From: Vicugna vicugna
Taxonomy: Eukaryota
Assembly: GCA_013265495.1 (NCBI GenBank)
Contig: MU058718.1
Location: 4,833,306 to 4,853,305 of the forward strand
DNA: 20,000 nucleotides
Direction: 5' to 3'
Positions 1-9,427 of the stretch are shown one piece after another. Position numbers and translations under genes: made by a program. Each line of letters begins with the position of its first letter. Position 1 is the first letter of the stretch. The notes under the pieces were generated by a model. It had not been told where the DNA came from, did not search any database, and saw only the letters and a program-made list of their open reading frames with translations.

Positions 1-98
1 TACTTTAAATCCTTATTAAAATGAGCAAGGATATGAAAAAGAAAAAGCGTATATTTCTTTTAAGTATATGAAGTTACTCTGTAACTATTAAAGCAAAT

Positions 99-626
99 CA
101 TTAGCATTTCTGTTTACTAAGGTGGTGTGACAAATTTGTGTTGTCATGGTGTAACCGTCCATTGTTATCTCATAGTTTCTGTGGGACAAAAGTCAGGGGT
201 GAGTTAGCTAGGTTTACTGCTCAGGGTCTCACAAAACTGAAGTGAAGGTGTTGGCCAGGGTTGTGATCTTATCTGGAGCTTGGGCTCCTCCTCCAAGCTT
301 CTTCTGGTTGTAGTTATAGGACTGAGGCCCCATTTTGTTACTGATTTTCAGCTGGGGCGACTCTCAGCTCCTCAGGGCTGCCTGCCATTCCTGGCCATGT
401 GGCCTTTTCTGTAATATAAGAGTTTGTTCCGTCAAGGCCTTCAGAAGAGTATCTGTTGCAACTCTGAATCTCTCTGTCTTCTTTTGTCTCTGAGCCCTAG
501 ACCCTCTTTTTAAAAGGCTCATCTGATTAGGCCAGACTGACCCGCACTCAAGAGGAGGGGATTGTGTAAGGTGTGCACACAGCAGGCAAGACTCTTGGGA
601 GCCATCTTAGAATTCTGTCTCCCACA
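99..626 (-). mobile_element. MaLR solo LTR, MLT1E/MLT1F-like
   Basis: Contains typical MLT1 blocks (TTATCTCATAGTTTCTGTGG, GCTCAGGGTCTCAC, AAGGTGTTGGCCAGGG, CACTCAAGAGGAGGGGATT). It ends in GCCATCTTAGAATTCTGTCTCCCACA, whose reverse complement resembles the MLT1E-type 5' terminus. Left boundary approximate. Confidence 0.8.
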
Positions 627-952
627 AATGGTTCAAATGAATAGCGGTTAATAAAGAGACTACATACAGAGGAGTGAGCAGGACATAGGGAGCAAAGGAG
701 GGATAACGATGCAGCCAGACACTAGCAACAGTAGAAATGTTGGTATCAGAACCTGGGGAGAGTTTGGACCGTGAGGGAACGCTGTGGCTCTGGGAGAGGG
801 CAGCCGCTGTCAGAGTACTGGACTGAAGCAGAGAGGGAACAGAAGAAATCACCTACCTCTCCCCTCCTGCCTTCTGATCTCCTGTGGGTGGCTCCCATGG
901 GCCAAGCTGAATTTGAAACCAAGGGCTCAGAGCTTGGATCAGGCAGTCCATA
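627..952 (-). mobile_element. Old ERVL-type LTR (LTR41-like), left part, interrupted by a younger LTR
   Basis: TTAATAAAGAGACTA, CTAGCAACAGT, CTGATCTCCTG...CTCCCATGGGCCAAGC and GCAGTCCATA resemble recalled LTR41-type consensus in reverse orientation. The element resumes at 1572 as CATAGAGGTCAGCC. Confidence 0.55.
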
Positions 953-1571
953 TGAGACAGGAGGGAAGAAGTCAGGGCACAACCACGAAAAGAATGACAC
1001 AGCTGTTGAAGATTCAGTTCCCAGTAGACCTTGAAGCCCAAGATGGTGGGAGATTTGACTTCCTGTAGACGTTGAGCTTCATTATATACTCATTGTAATA
1101 CACCAGCATGCTAAACGACACGCCCACAGGAGCCATGACAGTTACGAGGCTGACCATAAAAGGTCAAAAAGTGGGCAGTAGCCTAGTTCCTGGGAATCCC
1201 CACCCCTTCCCTAAAGTAGTTGGAATAAACCTCCCGCTTGTTAGCATATGAAGCCCATAAAAACTAACAACTGTGCACCTTATGGTTGCATTCTTTTGCC
1301 TTCTGAGATGGCTGCAATCTGTCTATGGAGTATTTATCTACTTTTACTTTGAACTAAACACCTATCTCCATGCCTCATGGCCTCTCTGGCCTTCTGAGAC
1401 AGCCTGCACCCTGTTTAAGGATTAGGTATTTCCCTGAATACATCTACTTTTACTCAACTATGGCTCACTCTTGAATTCTTTCCTGTACAAAGCCAAGGAC
1501 CCTCACTTGGCAGGGCGCATCATGGGGACTTGCCCAAGACCTGGGACAGGATCATCCATTTTCCTGTATCA
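953..1571 (+). mobile_element. ERV1-class solo LTR, MER41-like (cetartiodactyl type), 619 bp
   Basis: TG...CA termini with a 9/10 inverted repeat (TGAGACAGGA / TCCTGTATCA). Perfect 4-bp TSD CATA at 949-952 and 1572-1575. The internal GACACGCCCACAGGAGCCATGACAGTT...CTTGAATTCTTTCCTG...AAAGCCAAGGACCC recalls MER41. LTR status is well supported; the family name is less certain. Confidence 0.85.
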
Positions 1572-1628
1572 CATAGAGGTCAGCCTTGCAGGGACCAGAG
1601 GGGAAGAGGTCAGTGACTTGACCATCAC
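1572..1628 (-). mobile_element. Old ERVL-type LTR (LTR41-like), right part
   Basis: Removing 953-1575 rejoins GCAGTCCATA|GAGGTCAGCC, a contiguous recalled consensus motif. Right end approximate. Confidence 0.55.
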
Positions 1629-1652
1629 AGTGTTCAAGAAATGGTAGTTGTT

Positions 1653-1737
1653 ATGAATATGTATGACTGAAACATTGTGCTGTACACCAGAAATTGATGC
1701 AACATTGTAAACAAACTATACTTCAGTTTAAAAAAAA
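1653..1737 (+). mobile_element. Heavily 5'-truncated young L1 3' end with A-tail (camelid-like)
   Basis: ATGTATGACTGAAACATTGTGCTGTACACCAGAAATTGATGCAACATTGTAAACAAACTATACTTCAGTTT followed by A8. Closely similar to the L1 end at 8917-9105. Confidence 0.85.
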
Positions 1738-1742
1738 GAAAT

Positions 1743-1814
1743 TTTTTGTTACGAACATAGTTTTTGTTATGAACATAGTTTTTTTTTTTTACAAACATAG
1801 TTATAAGAACATAT
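1743..1814. repeat. Short degenerate tandem repeat, ~18-bp unit T(n)GTTAYGAACATAG, about 4 copies
   Basis: Read directly: TTTTTGTTACGAACATAG, TTTTTGTTATGAACATAG, T12ACAAACATAG, TTATAAGAACATAT. Confidence 0.8.
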
Positions 1815-3162
1815 TTATAAGTCTTAGAAGTATGGAGGGCTGGCTTTCCCCATCAACATTCTAAATGGTTCTGGTAGGTGGGTGAGGACATAAATATGGG
1901 AGAAAGGAACGGGCCAATTTATTGTGAGTAGAACCATAATAACAAGCTACCTTGACCACATCCCCTTGCATGGAGGAGATAAATGACATACATTTGTAGC
2001 AACTGGCAATGTAATGATGAAGTTACAAACAGTTCTTAATGAACAGGAACTTATTTCACATGTATATGCCCAAGGAAGAAAACAGAATAATAAATTACAT
2101 TAGTACTTTAAGAAAAAAATTCAGTGGGTTCCATTGAAAATTCTTGTGCTACAGGAGTGTGTGAACTTGTTCAAAGGAGGGAGGCAAGAGAGTGCATTTC
2201 CCTTTTAGGCTCCATTGACTGAAATGTATGATTATATTTACTGTATCCATGAACAATGGCTTATGGAAACTTTTGAGTAAATTTCGGAATCAAAATTATA
2301 ACTCCTACAACAATCACATGGAAGCCACAGCTATCCAAGGAGAACCCTCAAAGTTAAGATTAAAGTCTCTTTTATGAATTCCTTCAGTGGCAATAATGAA
2401 AGAAGTAGCATCTACTGTAAACTTTTTGGCACCAGAATTTTAAAATTAATAGTAATCCTTCCTCTGGAAGAATTTATTTTTCATATTAGTGTGTAAGAAA
2501 CAAAGCATTTATGTCTTCTTTGGAAACTGTAATTTTTAAACTCCAGTGAGTCTGTAGGGACAGAGCAGGAGGGGTATGGCTTGTCAGTTTCCATCACAGT
2601 GACAACTGAACTTAGAAATTTAATCATTCACATTGGACAGGACAGAGGGAGACCCAGATTCTGATTATCAGGGGTAGCATCTCTTTCTATTACATATCAG
2701 AAATGAAAAATAGAAATTAGAAACCGTTTTACTGTGGGATTTCTTCTTACTTGCCAATGATGTTTGATTATTCATTGGTGATTAATGAATTTAGATTTCT
2801 AGTCAAATTAATAATGTTTAGTTACAAATAAAGAAAATAACACATATTTCACATTTCTCTCCAAATGTGCAAAGTCTGATTTAAGAACTTTTCAATGTTC
2901 CACTGCCCATAATGCTTATTTTTATTTTTTGCATTGAAAAAATTGCCTTAATGTTCTAATTAGCATTTCCATCATATTTGCTAACACACTTTCACATTTA
3001 TCTTATGCAGTGAAAAACTATAGTCAAATATTTCCCTAGGAAAATTAAAAGGTTATTCATCTGGATACATTTTTTTTTCTGATAAATATCACATCAGGGA
3101 CCTCAGAAGGAACACTGGTTAGATATTCTGAGGACAGAACAGAAAGTCTGAGGCATGGAGAC

Positions 3163-3201
3163 GGTCTAATATTATGCTAATTTCATTTTTAATATTAGAC
3201 C
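3163..3201. repeat. Perfect 12-bp inverted repeat with 15-nt spacer
   Basis: GGTCTAATATTA (3163-3174) is the exact reverse complement of TAATATTAGACC (3190-3201). Confidence 0.9.
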
Positions 3202-4266
3202 TAGAAACTTTTCTGATCTACCTTCTGCTTTGACTATCTATATCCACTTATATTATTTAAATTGGCCCAGTAAATGTAAAAATACCTCTCTGAAATGTAC
3301 ATGGAAGGTAGGATTGTACCAATGTAGACCATCTGGTATTGTTTGAGTACCAGTGGAAAATTTCCATTTTTATTAAAAAGACTTATTTTACTTCCTTAAA
3401 TTTTATGAGTTGTTCAAACCAATCTAAGCCTTTTCTTTTCTCTTCAAATTTTCATTATTCTCAGATATCTAGCCTGGGTAACAATAATATAATTTTATTT
3501 CATGATTACTGCTACTCTATTTGTAATTTTCCAGTTTAACTCTAGTTATTCTAGAAACAATGATCATCTCTAGGTAGTTACAGTAGCCCCCACATTTTAT
3601 GGTAGTATAACCTACCACTTTATCATTTAAAGGCTATAGTTTCCTAAATATTTAAGAATGAAAGCTTGGAAGATAATCAGTGTTACACCTTTGTGAACAA
3701 CTTGAAAACCGTCCAGTACTTTTGCTCTTTGCACTTTTTGGAGTGTTTTCTGTTTCCTTCTACAGAGTTCAAGTTCTCCCTGGAAAAACATTCACCAAAA
3801 TAGGTTGGAATAACTCCAGAAGGAAGTACTCCATTAGTGTAATTGGTTAGTTCTCTCTCTTTGTGAATTGGAAGGAAAGGCGCTGGGAAGCAGCATTATT
3901 TTGTGTCCTTGGAAACAGTATTCAAAAAGCTGCTCTTTCGGGAGGAACTTTCTGACCTACTTTGCGCAGTCCCTTGGTCACATGGCTGGTGGAAGCCTTG
4001 TTCTGCACACCACTTCTGTCCTGGATTGGGAGGGCTCACGACCCTTCTGGAGGCAGGATTTATGATCCTCCTGTCCTGGGATCCCACCTTCGTTGTATAC
4101 AGTGTGATTTATCTGTAGTCCTCTGGTGGAAAAATACGTTGTCCTGTCATAAAATGAAAATTGTGATCTTTTGAACATTGAAGGAAAACCAGATAGCCCG
4201 GTTATAGAAAATCCATTTTTTTTTTTCAGGCTATTTGACTTCAACAGAAGTAATATGTCTGTGGGT

Positions 4267-4319
4267 GTTAATAAATTGTAGTCTGACCTGTAGTTAATAA
4301 ATTAACAGTCTGATCTGTA
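4267..4319. repeat. Imperfect 26-27 bp tandem duplication
   Basis: GTTAATAAATTGTAGTCTGACCTGTA (4267-4292) is followed by GTTAATAAATTAACAGTCTGATCTGTA (4293-4319). Confidence 0.8.
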
Positions 4320-5049
4320 TTGTGCAGAATTAGACTCCCTTAATGTTTGCTTAACTTGCTCTCCGTGCCAGAACTTCCACATTCTGAATGTGATAGAAAT
4401 GTGAAAATTTCCATAAAGCTTAAATGCAAGTGACTGTTTAGTAACTGTTATGATGAGTGCTTGACAATGAACTTCAGTGTTTTCCTGTAATTCCAGTTTC
4501 TGGAGAGACAGTAAACTTAATTGTTTCAGGAAGCTGTTTAGATACATGGTATTTACACTCTAGTAACTGTGAAGTTTGGGTAGACAATTGAGTTGGCTAG
4601 CCCCACATTTATTCAGGAAATTTGTCTAGGATAAGTTTATTTTGATTAGTGGGCTAAAGCTGTTTTATCTTTACGCCCTTGTTGTTTCTGGCATAAATTC
4701 TAGGTCAAGGTAACTCTCAAACTGCTAAATGAGTATTTTTCAGTGGAGTCTTGTAAGTTGGGGACAGTGCTCTTAAATCTTCTTGGCTGAGTTGCCATCC
4801 ACTGAATTACTGGGCTGAGATAGGATCAAAGTCATTTTTTATATCTAAAAAAGTTAAGTTTTTATTTAAAAAAAGACTCAGTGCAGAGAGTATCTTCAGT
4901 CATTGAAAAGGAAGGTCACTGTGTATTTTTCATCCTTTTAAATTATTAGCTGAAGCATTTGAAACAATTCTAGAGAAGAAGAAATTCACATTTCCTACCA
5001 TGAGCAATTGTAGTTCATGCCAAAACATTCCCATGATTTGTGTTTTTAA

Positions 5050-5205
5050 TCAGTTTGTTGTTGTTATAGTTAATCCGCCTACTATCTCTGAGAAGAAGGT
5101 TAAAATTATTAACCCTATGTTACAGATTGGGGAATGGGGACACGTTCATGTTAAGTGGGGCCACAAGCATCCCACAGTGAGTCACTGATACAGGGAGGAT
5201 TTGTC
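5050..5205 (-). mobile_element. MIR SINE, degenerate
   Basis: ATTATTAACCCTATGTTACAGATTGGGGAATGGGGAC...GTTAAGTG...CCCACAG matches the reverse of the MIR core (ATTATCCCCATTTTACAGATGAGGAAACTGAGGC...GTTAAGT...CACACAG). Confidence 0.65.
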
Positions 5206-5537
5206 TGATATTCCTGTGTTGTGTTCAAGCCACAATGTCTTTGATTTTACTTGTAATGAATCACACTATTGTACCTCTGTTCATATTTGGAAAGGAAGCA
5301 CTGACATCTGACCATCTTTCTTTTCCCCTTTCCATAATCCTTGTGAGCCGTTAAAGATAAACTACTGTGGTTGTTGAAAGACTATAATGTCTCTTAATCC
5401 TTTGTGAGATGTGCATGTATTATGGTTGTAACCAACTTTCATGTTAATATTAAAGATCTTAGACAAGTCTGGAAATCAAATTAAAATTTAACCTATAGGT
5501 ATATTTAATTGCTAGTCTTTTCAATTCTAAGTGGAGA

Positions 5538-5597
5538 CAATCAACCAAAGAGTATTTATTGAGCATCAACAGACTTTGGCCACAGACTTTCCTAGGC
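5538..5597 (-). mobile_element. L2 (or MIR) 3'-terminal fragment
   Basis: CAATCAACCAAAGAGTATTTATTGAGCATCAAC...CCTAGG resembles the reversed L2 tail (CATTCAACAAATATTTATTGAGCACCTAC...GCTAGG). Confidence 0.5.
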
Positions 5598-5849
5598 AGC
5601 TGTTGTGATATCTTTCTCTCCGGCAAGATGCTGACTACACCTGTGGTAAATTTTAGGTCATTACTCAGCCTTCCTTGGTTGGTACTGGAGGACTTAACTC
5701 AGATAAGATCATGTTATAAAATTTCAGAGCTGGAGAGCTTAAGAGTCATTATTCCATTCTCACATCAAATATTGCTGCTCTCTTCCCCCACCACACTCCT
5801 GAAGGCACGGCTCACATTTCATATACAATTTGTTCTGTTTGACCCTTCA

Positions 5850-6296
5850 CACTCCAGGCTCCAGCCGCCTGGGATAAGTGCCTTGAGGATGTTCTGCTCT
5901 CTCCCCTCATGACCAGCTTCTGTACTTGAGTCTCCTTAATCAGGTCACCCCCTTCCTCCCCTCCTGCCTCATCCTCTGTACCATGTCTCAGTGACTCCCT
6001 AACTCTTAACTCCTACTCAGTTTTTAAGTCTCAGCTTAAGTGCCACCTCTGAAGGGAGTATTTCCCCAACATCTAGCCTAGATCAAGTCCCTTGCTGTAT
6101 GAGCTCTGATAGCAAACAGCCTATACTTTCTCTTTGGTGAAATTCACTCTGCTTCACTTTGCTTGCTGCTAGATTATAAACTCCGTAAAACCCTGGACCA
6201 CGTCTCTCGTCTCCAACTAAGTGACAAATGCTTAGTAGAGTCCTAGAGACAAAGTGGATGCTCAATATGTACTATTTGGTTGGTGGGTTGGTTGAC
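5850..6296 (+). mobile_element. L2 LINE 3' region
   Basis: AACTCCTACTCAG...AAGTCTCAGCTTAAGTGCCACCTC, CTAGATTATAAACTCC and GATGCTCAATATG followed by a TGGT-like tail are typical L2 3'-end blocks. Confidence 0.75.
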
Positions 6297-6448
6297 TGCT
6301 AATTTTTCACTCATATGCATAGAGACAATTAATATACACCTTTGGTAGTACTTTCAATGTATAAAAGGAACATCTCTATGCATATAAGAGTGAAAAATTA
6401 GCAATTAATATACACCTTTGGTAGTACTTTCAATGTATAAAAGGAACA
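6297..6448. repeat. Composite direct plus inverted duplication (A-B-A'-B)
   Basis: B (47 bp) is identical at 6326-6372 and 6402-6448. A (6297-6325) is the reverse complement of 6373-6403 except for a 2-nt indel. Confidence 0.95.
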
Positions 6449-6749
6449 AGAACTTCTCCCTCATCCTAGGAAAGAGATTGAAGAGAAAAAACAAGACTAT
6501 TACAGAAATAAAGACAAAAGCAGAGATTATAACTTTAATAACAAAGTGGAATTTGGGCCAAATAATATTCCCTGACATAAAGCTAATTCTTTTTAATGCT
6601 AAAAGTTGAAATTCACAAGGGACATAATTATAAATTAACTTGCCTGTTTATTTATATATTAATCACCTTACCTATGTAATTATAAATTATAAAGAAATCT
6701 TTCCATGTGGTGAAAAACTGAGACCATGGTATGGGACACAAACTAGAGA

Positions 6750-7250
6750 AATACCGTCATAATGCAAAGGAAAACATTAAAGAGATAAACATGATAAAAA
6801 TAAGAGAATAGGTATGGAAATTCAAGTTATTTTCCTTATGTATCATGGATACATAAGTATTCTTGAAGAATAAGACATAAAAATTAATGCGGAATAAAAA
6901 TCAAGGAAATGATATAAGAAATTTTTGTGAATTGGAGGATCTGAATTTGGGAATGAAGTTTCACCATAATCTATGTGTAATAAAAGAGAAAGAAACTAGG
7001 TTTAGATTTATTCTAGTAAAGAATAATAAAATTTCTTTACATACCTAAGCACATAACCCAAACAAATAAAAATGAATTTGACATCACATTTCTTTTTCAG
7101 ACCATGAAATAGTGTGTGATGATATTTAAAGGGTATTTTGGGAAAAAATGGGTTTTTTGAATGACATGTTTTTTCCAAGTTGGAGTTCATGTGTAATGGA
7201 AGCAGAGACTTTAATATGCAGAGTTGCAGAATATATATGTAGTACTTAGG
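6750..7250 (+). mobile_element. Ancient L1/HAL1 ORF1-region remnant
   Basis: A-rich plus strand with AAGGAAATGATATAAGAAATTTTTGTGAATTGGAGGATCTGAATTTG, AATGAATTTGACATCACATTTCT and CCAAGTTGGAGTTCATGTGTAATGGAAGCAGAGACTTT, collinear with recalled old ORF1 consensus. No open frame. Boundaries approximate. Confidence 0.5.
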
Positions 7251-7409
7251 AGAAATTCTAGTTTGGTCTTCCTGGGGAAAAATTGTAATTCTCCTAAGAA
7301 AATTATCCATTTTCTATTTGTATATTCACCATGAATTATGCAACTACAGTGTTTTTTCTTTTTATTTTGATTGTAAGAATGATGAGTTAAATATATTTGA
7401 GGGCCACCG

Positions 7410-7811
7410 TGTTGAGGTAAAAACTGCTAATCTCCACTATATCTGTTCTTCTTTTCCTTCTTTATATGATAGAACTTTTAGCCGATTACATGACTGCCCA
7501 AGTAAAGATTATATTTCCCAATTTTCCTAACAACTAGGTGTGGCTGTGGGAATATATCCTACCCAGTGAGATAGAGTGGAATTGGTGTAAGCAGTTGGGA
7601 TGCAGGTGTAATGAGGTGCCATCTTGAACCATGTGAATGTGACCAAACCTTAGAGATGACTGATCACAAGATAGAAAAAGTAGCGTGGGTCTCTGAAGAC
7701 TGTGTAGAGTAGACCCACCTTACCTGCTTGAAATTACCTTACCTGCAATGAATTTTAAATTCATTGTTTTTTTTTTATCTCTGGCCCACCAGTGGAATTT
7801 TAATCAGTACA
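7410..7811 (+). mobile_element. MaLR solo LTR, MLT1I/MLT1J-like
   Basis: ACATGACTGCCCAAGTAAAGATTATATTTCCCA...CTAGGTGTGGC, GCCATCTTGAACCATG and CAAGATAGAAAAAG...GGGTCTCTGA are MLT1J-type blocks. Confidence 0.75.
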
Positions 7812-8849
7812 CACAAAAAGTCTAGGTACAGTGCGTTTAGAAGTCTCAGTCCTAGCTCCAGTTTTATCTTTATTATTATTTTTCCCTCTTTGACTATTTT
7901 TAATATTTCATCTTATTTTATGTGTCTTTGGATACTTGCTTAACTATTCTAAGTATATATAGATACACTCACCTTCCTAATAAAGTTACTTGAAGACATA
8001 ATGTAAATAACCAAGAAGTGAGTAAAAATCTAGACTCAGAAGTGAGGAATTAACAGTCAATAGGATCGATGTTGAACATTGAAATAAAATAAATGACAGT
8101 TGTAAATATAGCCAGATTATCTTTTTCTTCCACCTCCCACCCTTTCTTGGGCGTGAGATGTATGAGGGTGCAAGAGAGAAGGGAGTTTGGTAATACAGCT
8201 CAAGACTCCCTCTGTGCCCAGACTTGTCATGAAAAGAATAAAACACAGGCTTGACTTTCAAATATCTACCTGTAGGGAACAGAAAAATGCTTCCAATAAA
8301 AATCCTTCACTTAAAGAAACTCATGACCTTGAAGGCCAGCTTGGAGCTCATCGTCTTTAATTCCTAGATAAATACATAAACCAGCGAAGAACTTTTGGCT
8401 CTTGGTGGGGAGGGTAACAAACCCTCTATAAAAACAAACTGTTTAGTCATATAAAACAAAGACCAGATTTAAAAATAAGATCCTGGACAGTGTAAACAAA
8501 AATTTAAATTTGTGGCTTATTTCATAATCCCAAACTGAATCTCTCCTTTTTTTTTGTCTAAGCAGTCCACTATGGAATTTTTCTTAGAAGCAATTGGTCC
8601 CAAGTCCCCAGATCCTTTCACAGTAGTTGCTGCTAAAAAACCTGAACTCTATATCTCATACCCAAGAAAGATGTGCAAATGAACTGGTTCAGTGTCTACT
8701 TTGTCTGATATTAATATTATCTTTTACATTCTTTGGTCCCCTTTGCTTGGTTTACCTAGCCTATCTATTTGTTTTAGCTTTGTTCTAAGGAGATTGGTTT
8801 TGGCTTTTTCATTCTGACAGTGTTTGTCTCTTAACTGAATTAACTATTG

Positions 8850-8916
8850 AAGAGTAACAGCCAACATCATATTTAATGGGAAAGTATGAGTGGCTGTCCT
8901 AAACTCAGAACTAAAG
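8850..8916 (+). mobile_element. Old L1 ORF2 (RT domain) remnant, left part
   Basis: ACAGCCAACATCATATTTAATGGGAAAG corresponds to the L1 ORF2 TANII-NG stretch and is followed by CCTAAACTCAGAAC. Confidence 0.7.
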
Positions 8917-9105
8917 CTGATATATATAAAATAGATTAAAAAACATATTTCTTCTGTATGGCACAGGGAACTATATTCAATATCTTTTAGTAACCTACAA
9001 TGAAAATGAATGTGAAAATGAATATATATGTATATGTATGATTTGACTGAAACATCATGCAGTACCAGAAATTGATACATTGTAACTGACTGTACTTCAA
9101 TTAAA
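8917..9105 (+). mobile_element. Young 5'-truncated L1 3' end (camelid-like) inserted into old L1 ORF2
   Basis: TATATAAAATAGAT...CTGTATGGCACAGGGAACTATATTCAATATCTT...GACTGAAACATCATGCAGTACCAGAAATTGATACATTGTAACTGACTGTACTTCAATTAAA. Confidence 0.85.
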
Positions 9106-9422
9106 GTAGGACCTGAGATTACCATTATTATCTAACTATATTCTTGAATCTATGGACAGTGCAATGAGTTATGAAATAGAAGGAGGAGATACCAATATTT
9201 GAAAAGATTAAAAAATCATAATATCCAGATGATATGAATTTTTGGCTTAAAAAAACCTAGGAGAACCATTTGAAACTACTATGATTTTTCAGTAATTTCA
9301 GTAAACTAGCTAGAAACAAAATAGGGAAATAATATAATGCTCATAGTTTTTTAATAAACCAGTAGTAACTAATTAAAATATAATAGATAAAAGTACAATC
9401 AAGTTCCCATTAAGAATAGCAA
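9106..9422 (+). mobile_element. Old L1 ORF2 (RT domain) remnant, right part
   Basis: Collinear with L1 RT: ACCATTATTATCTAAC (PLLFN region), TATCCAGATGATATG (decayed F/YADDM catalytic motif), AATTTCAGTAAACTAGC (FSKV region), CCCATTAAGAATAGCA (PFTIA region). Reading frame disrupted. Confidence 0.75.
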
Positions 9423-9427
9423 TATCC

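Noticed and set aside
607..1068. Five overlapping ORFs of 62-94 aa
   Set aside because: They lie in, and mostly cross the junctions of, unrelated LTRs. They have no recognisable domain and look like chance frames in GC-richer repeat DNA.
3748..4244. Polypyrimidine acceptor (TTTCTGTTTCCTTCTACAG) and overlapping 63-88 aa ORFs
   Set aside because: No convincing donor, early stops in all frames after the acceptor, and no recognisable protein. It cannot be supported as an exon without RNA evidence.
5559..5912. 117-aa ORF
   Set aside because: Non-ATG start, begins and ends in L2 remnants, and no recognisable similarity.
6326..6448. CRISPR-like repeat-spacer-repeat (47 bp - 29 bp - 47 bp)
   Set aside because: There are only two repeats, the spacer is an inverted copy of adjacent DNA, no cas genes are present and the context is mammalian.
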